Shown piece after piece: positions 1 to 9,563 of a DNA stretch of 64,000 bases. Both the position numbers and the translations under genes were made by a program. Under the pieces are notes generated by a model, which saw nothing but the letters and a program-made list of their open reading frames with translations, was not told the DNA's origin and searched no databases. The stretch's first letter is position 1, and the number at the start of each line of letters is the position of its first letter. The stretch covers positions 416,001-480,000 of the forward strand of contig OY970192.1 of NCBI GenBank assembly GCA_963708135.1. The letters are read 5' to 3'. Source of the stretch: an uncultured Gemmatimonadales bacterium (lineage in GTDB: Bacteria; Gemmatimonadota; Gemmatimonadetes; Longimicrobiales; RSA9).

Positions 1-13
1 CGCCGGGCGCTAC

Positions 14-2029
14 GTGCTGCGCGACGTCCCCGCCGGCCGGCACCTGCTGCGCGCGGTGCACCTGGACCACGCGCCGTTCGAGGTCGAGGTCCTGGTGCCG
101 CCGGGCGGGCAGGTCGTCGTGGACCTCGCGCTGGTGCTCAGGCCCGTGACGCTGCCGACCGTGACCGCGCGCTCGCGCTGGGGGCGCGGGCTCGACACGG
201 CGGCGGCGCAACCCGCCGATCTCGGCGCGGCCACGGTGAAGTTCGTGGAGGCGACGCCGGGCGTGGCGGAGCTCGGGCTGGCGGAGGCCGCGCGGGGGAT
301 CCCCGGCGCGGAGCCGGCCGATCCCTCGGATGTGCTCTACGTGCGTGGCGGCGCGGCGGACCTGAAGCTGGTGCTGCTCGACGGCGCCCCCGTCTACGCG
401 CCGTTCCACGTGGGCGGCCTGGTGAGCGCGTTCGAGCCGGATGTGCTGAGCTCGGCCACGCTATACCTGGGCGGCGCCCCTGCCCGCTACGACGGCGGGC
501 TCTCCTATGTCATGGACCTGGAAACGCGCTCCGGTCATCGCGACGGCGTGCGCGCGCGCGGCGCGATGGACCTCATCTCGGGCCGGGCCCTTGTGGATGG
601 GCCGGTGGGCTCGCGTGCCAGCTTCATGGTGGGCGGGCGGGCCGTGCAGGGGATCGGCGCCGCGCCACTGCTCACGGGCGGCGAGTTCCCCTACGGCTAC
701 GGCGACGGGCTGGCGCGCGTGGACCTGGATGTCGGCAGGTCCGGCCTGGTCAGCGCGACCGGCTTCCTCAACCACGAGACGGTGCGCCTGGACGAAGGGC
801 CCGACCCCGGCAGCGCCTTCTGGGGCAACTCCGCCGGCTCGATCCGCTACCGGGGGCCGCTCGCCGGCAACGACGCACAGCTGACGCTGGCGTTCGGCAA
901 CTTCGAGGCGAGGCTTCCGATCGGCGGCTTCCGTCCGCTCGTCGCCGACGGCGTCTCTCGCCGGGTCCGCGCGACGGCCGACCTGTCGGAGACGCTCGGC
1001 CCGACCCAGCTCTATTACGGCGCCTCCTACGACCGGCTCTGGATCCGCTACACCGCCTGGCCGCAGAACGGCACCCGCGATCCGCTCCTGCTGGACACCC
1101 AGGACATCGGCCAGTCCGTGGGCGCCTACGTGGATGCCGACTGGCAGCCGCTGCCCCGCGTGCGCATCCGCGGTGGCCTGCGCGCCGACATCTTCAGCGG
1201 CGCGCCCACGCCGCGCCTCGGCCCACGTCTCGCGCTCAGCTGGCTGCTCGGCGACCGCGCCACCCTCACCGTGGCCGGTGGCGGCTACCACCAGTACGTC
1301 CGCGCCGACGAGACCGCGATCCTGGCCAACGACTCCGTGCCGGCGCACGTGCCGCCGCTCGCCGTCGCACGCGCGTCGCACCTGCTCGTCGCGCTCGACC
1401 AGCAGATCCTCGACGACCTGCGTCTGGGCGTGGAGGGCTTCTACAAGACGTTCGACGGCGTCCCCGACCCCAGCCGTCCCGATGCCGCCCGTGCCCACGC
1501 CTCCGGGCTGGACCTGTGGGTGCGCCGAAGCACCGGCCGCTTCACCGGCTGGCTCGGCTACTCACTCGCTTGGGTCTGGTCCACGGACGACTTCCACCTC
1601 ACGGCCACCGATCTCTTCGCCGGCCGGCAGCTGCTCAGCGCCGGGCTCGAGGGGCCGCTGGCGGGGAAGGCCGACTTCAAGATCCACGTGGGCTACGGCG
1701 CCGGGCTGCCCTACACGGCGGTGCCGCAGACGGAGGTGCCCACCCCGTCGCTCCGGCCCAGCGGCGGCGGCACCGATCCCGGCGACGGGACGGCCGCCGT
1801 CAGCGCACCGGAGGAGCCCTACCTGCGCCTGGATGCGCAGGTCGCCCACACGTTCAGCGGCGACTATCGCGGAGTGGACTTCGCGGTGACGCCGTACCTG
1901 CGCGTACTCAACGCGCTGGACCGCCGCGACGCACTCTTCTACCGCTACGATCGCTCGCGCGACAACCAAGCGCACCCGATCGCCGCGCTCCCCGTGCTCC
2001 CGCTCGTCGGCTTCGAGTGGCGCTTCTGA
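14..2029 (+). CDS. TonB-dependent receptor-like outer-membrane protein (5' end lies before the window)
   Basis: Carboxypeptidase-regulatory-like N-terminal remnant, plug-like segment (LYVRGG...LVLLDGAPVY), beta-barrel-like alternating residues, C-terminal ...GFEWRF. Confidence 0.85.
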   Translation: MLRDVPAGRHLLRAVHLDHAPFEVEVLVPPGGQVVVDLALVLRPVTLPTVTARSRWGRGLDTAAAQPADLGAATVKFVEATPGVAELGLAEAARGIPGAEPADPSDVLYVRGGAADLKLVLLDGAPVYAPFHVGGLVSAFEPDVLSSATLYLGGAPARYDGGLSYVMDLETRSGHRDGVRARGAMDLISGRALVDGPVGSRASFMVGGRAVQGIGAAPLLTGGEFPYGYGDGLARVDLDVGRSGLVSATGFLNHETVRLDEGPDPGSAFWGNSAGSIRYRGPLAGNDAQLTLAFGNFEARLPIGGFRPLVADGVSRRVRATADLSETLGPTQLYYGASYDRLWIRYTAWPQNGTRDPLLLDTQDIGQSVGAYVDADWQPLPRVRIRGGLRADIFSGAPTPRLGPRLALSWLLGDRATLTVAGGGYHQYVRADETAILANDSVPAHVPPLAVARASHLLVALDQQILDDLRLGVEGFYKTFDGVPDPSRPDAARAHASGLDLWVRRSTGRFTGWLGYSLAWVWSTDDFHLTATDLFAGRQLLSAGLEGPLAGKADFKIHVGYGAGLPYTAVPQTEVPTPSLRPSGGGTDPGDGTAAVSAPEEPYLRLDAQVAHTFSGDYRGVDFAVTPYLRVLNALDRRDALFYRYDRSRDNQAHPIAALPVLPLVGFEWRF

Positions 2030-2073
2030 GCTGACGCCGACCCTTCCGGCGGCCCGCGCGGGCGCCGGGCACG

Positions 2074-2102
2074 CGGCCGCGGAAACGCGGCCGTTGCGTT
2101 TT
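2074..2102 (+). terminator. Rho-independent terminator candidate
   Basis: CGGCCGCG-GAAA-CGCGGCCG hairpin followed by TTGCGTTTT, just after the receptor stop. Confidence 0.6.
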
Positions 2103-2272
2103 CGGACCCGGACATCGCAATATTTCCGGTCCGTGGCGCCCGCGCGGCGCGGCGCCCGACAGCAAACCAACCTCAGGCACCTCGGCACCCCCCCAAGCGG
2201 GGCCGGCCCTCCGGCCGCCCCCGCACGGCCGGGCATCGCCGGGGCACAATCCTCACCGATGGGAGCGGACGG

Positions 2273-3178
2273 ATGAAACGGTGGCTCAAGCGAATCGGCA
2301 TGGCCCTCGGCGGCCTGGTCGCGCTGGTGGTGCTCGCCCTGGCCGGGGTCTACGGGTTCAGCGGCCGGCGGCTGGCCCGCACCTACGCCGTCGCGCCGGA
2401 TCGCCTCGCGATCCCGACGGACCCGGCCTCGATCGAGCGGGGCCACCACCTGGCGGTGGCGGTCGCGAAATGCCTCGAATGCCACGGCGAGCGGCTCGAG
2501 GGCAAGGTCTTCATCGATGGCGGCCCCGCGTTCGGCCGGATCTACGCCCCGAACCTCACGCGCGGTCGCGGCGGGATCGGCGCCGAGTACGACGGGGACG
2601 ATTTCGTGCGCGCCATCCGCCACGGCGTGGCGAAGGATGGGCGCGGCCTCCGGATCATGCCGGCCGATGACTTCGAGTACCTGACGGACGAGGACCTGGC
2701 GGACGTGATCGCCTACGTGCGGAGCGTGCCGGCGGTGGACAACGCCGTCCCGGCGACGGTTCTCGGGCCGGTGGCTCGGCTACTCTATGTGACCGGGAAG
2801 TTCCCGCTCGTCCCCGCCGAGCACATGGACGGCGCGGTGTCGCGGGCGCCAGTTCCTGCCGGACCCACCCCGGAGTACGGGCACTACCTGATGAACGTAG
2901 GCGGCTGCTTCGCCTGCCACGGACCGGGCCTCTCCGGCGGCCGGGTGCCGGGGACGCCGCCCGACCTGCCGCCGGCGCAGAACATCACCCCGGCCGGGAT
3001 CGGCTCCTGGACGGAGGCCGACTTCGTCCGGGCGCTCCGGACCGGCACCCGCCCCGACGGCACCAAGATCGACCCGTTCATGCCCTGGCTCTTTGCGGGG
3101 AAGATGACCGACGACGAGATCCGGGCCGTGTGGCTGTACGTGAAGAGCGTCCCGCCCCGCCCCACGGGAACGCGCTAG
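2273..3178 (+). CDS. Membrane-anchored di-haem c-type cytochrome
   Basis: Two CxxCH motifs (CLECH, CFACH), N-terminal TM helix, APNLT/NITP...W...DF.RA.R.G motifs, distal MP ligands. Confidence 0.9.
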   Translation: MKRWLKRIGMALGGLVALVVLALAGVYGFSGRRLARTYAVAPDRLAIPTDPASIERGHHLAVAVAKCLECHGERLEGKVFIDGGPAFGRIYAPNLTRGRGGIGAEYDGDDFVRAIRHGVAKDGRGLRIMPADDFEYLTDEDLADVIAYVRSVPAVDNAVPATVLGPVARLLYVTGKFPLVPAEHMDGAVSRAPVPAGPTPEYGHYLMNVGGCFACHGPGLSGGRVPGTPPDLPPAQNITPAGIGSWTEADFVRALRTGTRPDGTKIDPFMPWLFAGKMTDDEIRAVWLYVKSVPPRPTGTR

Positions 3179-3209
3179 AAGGCGGACCGCGGACCCTCCG
3201 GATGCGGGA

Positions 3210-3240
3210 CGCCCCGCCAGCGCAGCGCGCCGGCGGGGCG
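3210..3240. terminator. GC hairpin between convergent genes
   Basis: CGCCCCGCCAGCGC...GCGCCGGCGGGGCG inverted repeat. Confidence 0.5.
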
Positions 3241-3269
3241 TCCCTGTTCCTGTGCGGTGCCGCCGCGGC

Positions 3270-3509
3270 TCAGCGCCCGTCCACCATGGCGGCCCAGACG
3301 CGGTCGGCGCGGAAGCAGAGGTCGCGGCCGCGATCGTCCTCGAACCAGAGCGGCTTGCCGCGGCGCAGCCGGAACAGGATCCGTCGCTGCATGTCCAGCG
3401 CGGAGTCCTTCCACCGGGCGCGGAACACGACCTCCCCCTCCTCGGTGGCGAGGCGGACGGTGACGGTCGGGATGTAGCGCCGGATCGAGACGCGTGCGGG
3501 GTACACCAT
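3270..3509 (-). CDS. Small hypothetical protein (79 aa)
   Basis: ATG start, protein-like composition, fills the gap downstream of the permease. Confidence 0.55.
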   Translation of the reverse strand: MVYPARVSIRRYIPTVTVRLATEEGEVVFRARWKDSALDMQRRILFRLRRGKPLWFEDDRGRDLCFRADRVWAAMVDGR

Positions 3510-3578
3510 GGTCGAAAACTGTAACAGCGGCGGCCGATCCGATCAAGCGGTGCCTCCGAGCGAGGGGAGCCGGGAGAC

Positions 3579-6023
3579 CTACTCCGCGCGCAGCGCGGCG
3601 GCGGGCGCCACCGCGGCTGCGCGCCGGGCGGGCAACAGGCAGGCGGCGGCGGCCACGCCCGCCAGCAGGACCGGCACGGCGGTGAAAGTGAGGGGGTCGA
3701 GGGCGCCCACGCCGTAGAGCAGGGAGCCCATGAGACGGGCGAGCGCGGCCGCGGCCAGCAGCCCGACCGCGAGCCCCGCGGCCGTGAGACCCAGCCCCTG
3801 GCGCAGGATCATCGCCAGCACGCGGCCGCGCCGTGCGCCGAGCGCCATCCGGATGGCGATCTCGCCCGAGCGGCGGCCGACGGTGTAGGCGACGAGGCCG
3901 TAGATGCCGACGGCGGCGAGCGCGAGCGCGAGCAGGCCGAAGAGGACGAGGAGCGTGGTGGTGAAGCGCGGTTGCGCAACGGCCTCTCGGACGACCTCGT
4001 CCATGGTCTGGACGTTGGACACCGGGAGCCGCGGGTCGAGTCCGTGCACGATGCCCGCGACCGAGCGCGCGAGGGCGAGCGGGTCGCCGGCCGCACGCAC
4101 GGCGAGGGTGAGGCCGCGCGGCACGCGGCTCCCGCCGCTGGCGGCCGGCCACTGCGCGATCGGGTGGAACATCTGCGCGTGCGGTGTTTCGACGATGGCG
4201 TTCTGCCGGACATCCCCCACGATCCCGACGACGGTGGTCCACGGCTTGCCGCTCGTGCCGAGGTGGAACCGCTTCCCCAGCGCGTCCTGGCCCGGCCAGT
4301 ATCGGGCGGCCATGGTGGCGTTCACGACGACGACGAACGGCCCGCCGTCCCGGTCGTTCTCGTCGAGGAGCCGACCGCGCAGGAGCCACATCCCCGCCGC
4401 CTGGAAGTAGCCCGGCGTGACGATCTGCCAGTCGGCATGCGGGTTCTCGTCGGGCTGGCGGGGCCGCCCCTCGATCGTGATCGACCAGTCTCCCATCTCC
4501 TCCGTGAGCGGCAGGATGCGGGCGGCGCCCGCGGCGCGGACGCCGGGCAGGGCCCGCACGCGCTCGAGCAGCGTCCGATAGAAGGCGATGACCGCGGTAT
4601 CGCCCGGGTAGTCGGCCGGCGGCAGCGAGAGGCGCAACGTGAGCACGTGGTCCGGGCGCACGCCAATGTCGATGTCGCGCAGCTTCCCGAAGCTGCGCAC
4701 CATGAGGCCGGCGCCCACCACGAGCACCACCGCCAGGGCGACCTGGGCAACCACCAGCGTGGCCCCGACCCGGCGCCGCCGGACCCCGAGGGAGGTGCCG
4801 CGCGCGCCCTCCTTGAGCGCCGGCACGAGGTCGATCCGGGAGGCGTGGAGCGCCGGGACGAGGCCGAACGCCACGCCCGTGCCGAGCGCGAGGAGGAGGG
4901 TGACCCCCAGCACGGGCCCATCGAGGTGCACGCCGGCAATGCGCGGGACACCGCCGGGGCTCAGCGCGAGTAGCCCGCGCAGCCCCAGGGCGGCGAGCAG
5001 CAGCCCGCCGGCACCGCCGGCCAGGGCGAGCAGCACGCTCTCCACCAGGAGCTGCGTCACCACGCGGCGGCGGCTCGCTCCCATGGCGGTGCGGATGGCG
5101 ATCTCGCGCTGCCGGCCATCGGCGCGAGCGAGCAGCAGGTTCGCCACGTTGGCGCACGCGATGAGCAGGATGAAGCCGACGGCGCCCAGGAGCAGCAGCA
5201 GGATCGGCCGGACGTGCCCCAGGACGAGGTCGGTCACCGGCACGGCCACGTCGCGGAAATCGTCGGGGCGCTGCACGAGCCCGGCGGCGGCCCAGCGGTC
5301 CGCGACGACGCTCAGCTCCGCCGTCGCCTGGCGTGGCGTGGCGCCCGGCCGGAGCCGGGCGAGCGCATAGAGGTAATGGCTGCCTCGGCCGTGCAGCGAG
5401 TCCGGCTGGAGCGCGAGCGGCAGCCACACGTCGGTCGGCTGCTGGGCGCGGTAGTCGGTCGGCAGCCTGAGCCCCGGCGGCAGGACCCCGATTACCAGGC
5501 GCGCCCTCCCATCGACACGAAGCACCCGCCCGACCACCGGCTGCCCGCCGAAGCGGCGCTGCCAGAGGCCGTAGGAGAGGAGCGCGACGTCGTCGTGGCC
5601 GGGCACATCCTCGGCCGCCGAGAATGGGCGGCCCGCCACGGGACGCACGCCGAGGACCGAGAACAGGTTGGCGGTCGCGCGCGCGATGCCGACGCGCTCC
5701 GGCCCGCCCGTTCCCGTGAGGTTGGCCTCCTCGGCGTCGTAGGCGGCCACCCCGGAGAAGCTGGCGACATCGCGGCGGAAGTCCATGAGCTCGGGCTCCG
5801 AGATCCACGCGATGTCCTGCCCACTGCGCCGGTTGGCGAGCCCCACCACGCGCCCGGCATCCGCGTATGGCAACGGCGCCAGCAGCACGGAGTGGATCAC
5901 GCTGTAGATGGCCGAGTTGGCGCCGGTGCCGAGCGCGAGGGTGAGGGTCGCCACGGCCGTGAAGCCGGGCGCGGAGCGGAGGCGCCGCAGCGCGTAGCGA
6001 ATGTCCTGGGCGAGCGAGTCCAC
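3579..6023 (-). CDS. ABC transporter permease, duplicated MacB/FtsX (ADOP-type)
   Basis: QDIRYALRRL..APGFT, LLIACANVANLLLARA, REIAIR.A.GA.R twice. Confidence 0.95.
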   Translation of the reverse strand: MDSLAQDIRYALRRLRSAPGFTAVATLTLALGTGANSAIYSVIHSVLLAPLPYADAGRVVGLANRRSGQDIAWISEPELMDFRRDVASFSGVAAYDAEEANLTGTGGPERVGIARATANLFSVLGVRPVAGRPFSAAEDVPGHDDVALLSYGLWQRRFGGQPVVGRVLRVDGRARLVIGVLPPGLRLPTDYRAQQPTDVWLPLALQPDSLHGRGSHYLYALARLRPGATPRQATAELSVVADRWAAAGLVQRPDDFRDVAVPVTDLVLGHVRPILLLLLGAVGFILLIACANVANLLLARADGRQREIAIRTAMGASRRRVVTQLLVESVLLALAGGAGGLLLAALGLRGLLALSPGGVPRIAGVHLDGPVLGVTLLLALGTGVAFGLVPALHASRIDLVPALKEGARGTSLGVRRRRVGATLVVAQVALAVVLVVGAGLMVRSFGKLRDIDIGVRPDHVLTLRLSLPPADYPGDTAVIAFYRTLLERVRALPGVRAAGAARILPLTEEMGDWSITIEGRPRQPDENPHADWQIVTPGYFQAAGMWLLRGRLLDENDRDGGPFVVVVNATMAARYWPGQDALGKRFHLGTSGKPWTTVVGIVGDVRQNAIVETPHAQMFHPIAQWPAASGGSRVPRGLTLAVRAAGDPLALARSVAGIVHGLDPRLPVSNVQTMDEVVREAVAQPRFTTTLLVLFGLLALALAAVGIYGLVAYTVGRRSGEIAIRMALGARRGRVLAMILRQGLGLTAAGLAVGLLAAAALARLMGSLLYGVGALDPLTFTAVPVLLAGVAAAACLLPARRAAAVAPAAALRAE

Positions 6024-6093
6024 GAGGGCTCCGGGGTGGGGGGAGCAATGGTCGCGCCGGGTTGGATCCCGCGAGAGCCCGCAGGGTTGGAAG

Positions 6094-7095
6094 CTAGACC
6101 CCCTTCTCGCGCCAGAGCCGCTCGAGGTCCGCGTGCCGCGGGCCGATCCGCTCGCGCCACTCGGGGAGCGCGTAGATGCCGTCGGTGGGCGGCGGCGCGC
6201 GCTCCGCCGGGGGCGTGCGTCCGAGCACGTCCGCGACTGCGCGGCGGAGCGCCTGCCGCGCCTCCCGCATGCGCGTGTGGAACGCGGTCTCCACCCGCGC
6301 GTAGGGGCTCATGTTCTGCGCGCTCGGGTGCGTCAGCCAGAGCACCGCGGGCAGGGGCGCCCCGGCCCACGCGGCTGCCCACGCAGCGAGGAAATCGGGA
6401 TCCGGTGCCGGGTCCGCGGGCCAGGGTGCGGCCACGCCCCGCTCGAGCCCCGCGCGGGCGAGGCGGGCGAGGCCCGGCAGGCGGAGTCGTCCGCGGAGCG
6501 GGCCGGCAGCCGCGATCGTCGCACGCAGCCCGACGTTCCCGAGGGCGACGACCAGCCGCGGCCCCGCGGCGAGGAGCGTGTCCCGCAGCAGGTGCACGCT
6601 CGTGGCATACTCCCCGACCGGCGCCGCGATCTCCGCGGGCGTCGGCTCTCCGCCGCCACGCGCGGGCAGCTGGTTCAGCGCCGCGGTGAGGAAGGTGTGG
6701 TTCCGGTCGGTCCCGATCTCCGCCAGCAGGACGTCCAGGTTCGCGCCGGCGATGTCGCCGCCGAAGGGGATGCGCGTGCCGTGCGCGCCCATCTCGCTGC
6801 CGCCCTTCCCCCCCGCGTTGCCGGGGGCGGCGCCGACCCACACGATCTCCACGCGCCGCCACGCCCCGTTCCGCCGCGACCAGACGATCGGCCGGGGCTC
6901 GGCAGCGCCATCCGCTCCCGCGCAGGGCGCGGACAGCCACTCGTCGCGCAGGCAGGCGGGATGCCCCGCGTGGACGCGCTGGTGGATGTGGCGGAAGCGG
7001 GCCTCCTCCGTCGCCGGCGCCGATCGCTCCGCGGCGCGCGGCCCCCCCGCTCCGGCCGCCCGCCCCGCGCAGCGGCGGGCCTGCCGGGCCGCCAT
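6094..7095 (-). CDS. Divergent uracil-DNA glycosylase superfamily protein
   Basis: VWVGAAPG (motif A-like), PFGGDIAG.NL..LL, P.LVVALG, THPS (motif B-like). Confidence 0.65.
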   Translation of the reverse strand: MAARQARRCAGRAAGAGGPRAAERSAPATEEARFRHIHQRVHAGHPACLRDEWLSAPCAGADGAAEPRPIVWSRRNGAWRRVEIVWVGAAPGNAGGKGGSEMGAHGTRIPFGGDIAGANLDVLLAEIGTDRNHTFLTAALNQLPARGGGEPTPAEIAAPVGEYATSVHLLRDTLLAAGPRLVVALGNVGLRATIAAAGPLRGRLRLPGLARLARAGLERGVAAPWPADPAPDPDFLAAWAAAWAGAPLPAVLWLTHPSAQNMSPYARVETAFHTRMREARQALRRAVADVLGRTPPAERAPPPTDGIYALPEWRERIGPRHADLERLWREKGV

Positions 7096-7554
7096 TTAGC
7101 CGGCCCCCTCCCCCGGCGCGATGCCGGTGACCTCGACCTCCACGGGGATTCCCGCACGCACGCTCTCGGTGACGATGCAGAAGTCCTCGAAGACATCCGT
7201 GCAGCGTGCCATCCGCTCGGCTGGCTGACCTTCGGCCAGCCGCGGATCGAGCTCCACGCGCAATGCGCCGATGCGCAGCCGGCCGCGCTCGTTCCGCACG
7301 ATCGTGCCGTGCACGCGGGCGTCGATCCCCGCCACCTCCAGGTGCGCCCGCTGGAGGCAGAACAGCAGGCTGGAGGCGAGGCAGTCGCCCAGCGCCGCGC
7401 CGAGCACGCGCGCCGCGTTCGGGCCCTTGCCCCCGCCCAACGGCGGCGGCTCGTCCATGAGCAGCTCCGCCACGTCCTGCTGGTCGAAGCGGGCGACGAG
7501 CTCGTAGTCCCGCGTCCGCGACAGCGTCACCGTGAATCGCCGTTCCTCTTCCAT
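7096..7554 (-). CDS. OsmC/Ohr family protein
   Basis: DEPPPLGGGKGPNA, ALGDCL and FCIVTES (two conserved Cys). Confidence 0.9.
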   Translation of the reverse strand: MEEERRFTVTLSRTRDYELVARFDQQDVAELLMDEPPPLGGGKGPNAARVLGAALGDCLASSLLFCLQRAHLEVAGIDARVHGTIVRNERGRLRIGALRVELDPRLAEGQPAERMARCTDVFEDFCIVTESVRAGIPVEVEVTGIAPGEGAG

Positions 7555-7722
7555 GTCCCTGGCTCTTTCTCTCTCTGGATGAAGGCATTCCGCGCCCGGA
7601 ATCTAGGCGGGTCACGCGACGGCCGTCCACCGCGCGCGCACCGCGTGCTTGACGCGTCCGGCGTCGGGCGGCGATCTTCGCCGCGGACCGAGCGTACCCA
7701 ACCGCGTCAGGCAAGGCCACCT

Positions 7723-8793
7723 GTGAAGCTCAGAACGCCGCTGCTGCTCCTCCCGCTGATGATCACCGCCGCGTGCGGGCAGGAGCACCCGCTCCGGCTC
7801 GGGATCGTGGCCGGCGGGAACGTCTTCGACGCCGCGGACCTCGCCGTCCGGGAGGTGAACGCCACCGGCAGGGTGAACGGCAAGGCGTTCCGCATGGTCC
7901 GCGACACGAGCGGCCGCCCGGCGGCCGAGGTGGCAAGGGACTTTGCGGCCGACACGTCGCTTCGGGCGGTGCTGCTCGACCCCGGGGTGCAGGGCGCCCG
8001 GGACATGGCACACATGCTCGACTCTCTCGGCGTTCCCGCGATCCTGCTCGGGCCGCCCGTGGCGACGCCGGGTCGCTGGACGTTCACCCTGCTGCCGCGG
8101 CTGGAGCGGGAGGCATCCCTCATGACGGGAGAGGCCGAGGCGCTCTGGAAGCCGAAACGCGTAGCGCTGGTCCGCTCGCCGGACGCGTACGGCGACTCGA
8201 TGGGCGCGGCCGTGCGCGCCGGTCTGCCGGCGGGTGTCCGCGTCGTTTACGACTCGGCGTATCCGACCGCCACCGACAGCGTTACGCTCGATGGGCTCGC
8301 GAAACGGCTGATCGACGCGAACCCCAACCTCATCTACTGGCTCGGCGGCTCACGCGAGCTGGGCGGCGTGATCGGCCCCGTGCGCGCGGCCGTCCTCGAC
8401 CTGCGGCTCCTGGGCAGCAATGCGGTCGAGGCGGCCAGGGTCTATCAGAACAAGGGCGGCAACTTCGACGGCCTCCTCTTCGTCCAGGCCGCGGATCCGA
8501 CCGCCGACAGCGCCCGCTATGCCAACTTCCAGTACCGCTTCACGGTCTGGATGGGCCGGCCCACCACCAGCGCTGCCGTCCTCGCCTACGACGCCGGCGC
8601 CATGCTGGCCGCGGCGCTACGGGCCGGAGCCAGCACGCGCCCGGCGCTGCGCGACTACCTGGCGTCCCTCGGCGGCAGCCGCCCCGCCTACGCGGGCGTC
8701 GGCGGCCCGATCGCCTTCGATTCCAGTGGGGTCGCGAAGCGGAAGCTCGGCCTGGCGGAGGTGACGAATCAGGGAATCAGGAGAGTGGAATAG
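7723..8793 (+). CDS. Periplasmic-binding-protein type 1 (branched-chain amino acid ABC SBP-like) lipoprotein
   Basis: GTG start, lipobox-like ITAAC, LAVREVNATG, AYDA, GVGGPIAFD..G; this is the real 3' part of ORF 6001..8793. Confidence 0.8.
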   Translation: MKLRTPLLLLPLMITAACGQEHPLRLGIVAGGNVFDAADLAVREVNATGRVNGKAFRMVRDTSGRPAAEVARDFAADTSLRAVLLDPGVQGARDMAHMLDSLGVPAILLGPPVATPGRWTFTLLPRLEREASLMTGEAEALWKPKRVALVRSPDAYGDSMGAAVRAGLPAGVRVVYDSAYPTATDSVTLDGLAKRLIDANPNLIYWLGGSRELGGVIGPVRAAVLDLRLLGSNAVEAARVYQNKGGNFDGLLFVQAADPTADSARYANFQYRFTVWMGRPTTSAAVLAYDAGAMLAAALRAGASTRPALRDYLASLGGSRPAYAGVGGPIAFDSSGVAKRKLGLAEVTNQGIRRVE

Positions 8794-8850
8794 AAGCTGG
8801 GGGTTCGGGATTCGGGGCTGGCTCCGGGCTCAACCCCGGCTCCCGAGGTC

Positions 8851-9390
8851 CTAGATGCTGTCGAGGAGGTCGTCGATGGCCTTGGCCACGGCATCCCTGG
8901 CGCGGCCGCCGAGCAGGTTGTCGAGCATCTCGGAGACGTCGCCCTTGGCATCATCGGGGTGGCGGCGGTCGCGCGCCGCGCGGACCACGCTGCCGATCGG
9001 CAGGAGCGCGAGGCGGGTCTCGTCCGACTCCGTTTCGCCGTAGCCGGTCTCGACCTCGGCGGGCGGCGGCGGGACGCTGGCCTTCCAGGGCTCGTCCGGC
9101 TCGTCGTCGGGGCCCTTCAGCTTCTCGGGGTCGACCGGCAGCACCAGGCACACGCGCGCATCGATGTTGCCCTGCGGGTCCTCGGTGGCGGCCAGCGCGA
9201 CCGAGACGGGGGCGCTCAGCAGCATGCGGATGGCGTCCACGGCCTCGGGCGAGACCACGCCGCGGGCAATGAGGTTGCCGGAGTGGTAGTAGCCGAGGCC
9301 TACGGCGCCCTGGGGAACGGCCTGGTGGCGGATCGGGCGCGCGTCGATCTTGAGCGGCTCGGGGTGCGTAATGACGAGCAGTTGATCCAC
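8851..9390 (-). CDS. Hypothetical protein (~179 aa)
   Basis: AGGAGG RBS before GTG at 9390; globular sequence MDQLLVITHPEPL...DDLLDSI (3' part of ORF 8851..10743). Confidence 0.7.
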   Translation of the reverse strand: MDQLLVITHPEPLKIDARPIRHQAVPQGAVGLGYYHSGNLIARGVVSPEAVDAIRMLLSAPVSVALAATEDPQGNIDARVCLVLPVDPEKLKGPDDEPDEPWKASVPPPPAEVETGYGETESDETRLALLPIGSVVRAARDRRHPDDAKGDVSEMLDNLLGGRARDAVAKAIDDLLDSI

Positions 9391-9563
9391 CGGCCCTCCT
9401 GGCTGCACGGGTCCTGAGCAGGATGTAGCCCCGTTCCTCACAATGTGTTCCAGCGTCCGCGACCACGCAAGCGGAGGGCGGCCGCGGGAGCGGAACAACC
9501 CTTGAAGCGGCGGTGTAGCGCAACCGGCTACAGCACCACCCCGCCCACCGTGGGAGGCGACGC

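Noticed and set aside
6001..7722. N-terminal part of the 930-aa ORF
   Set aside because: Antisense to the UDG-like and osmC genes; the real gene starts near 7723
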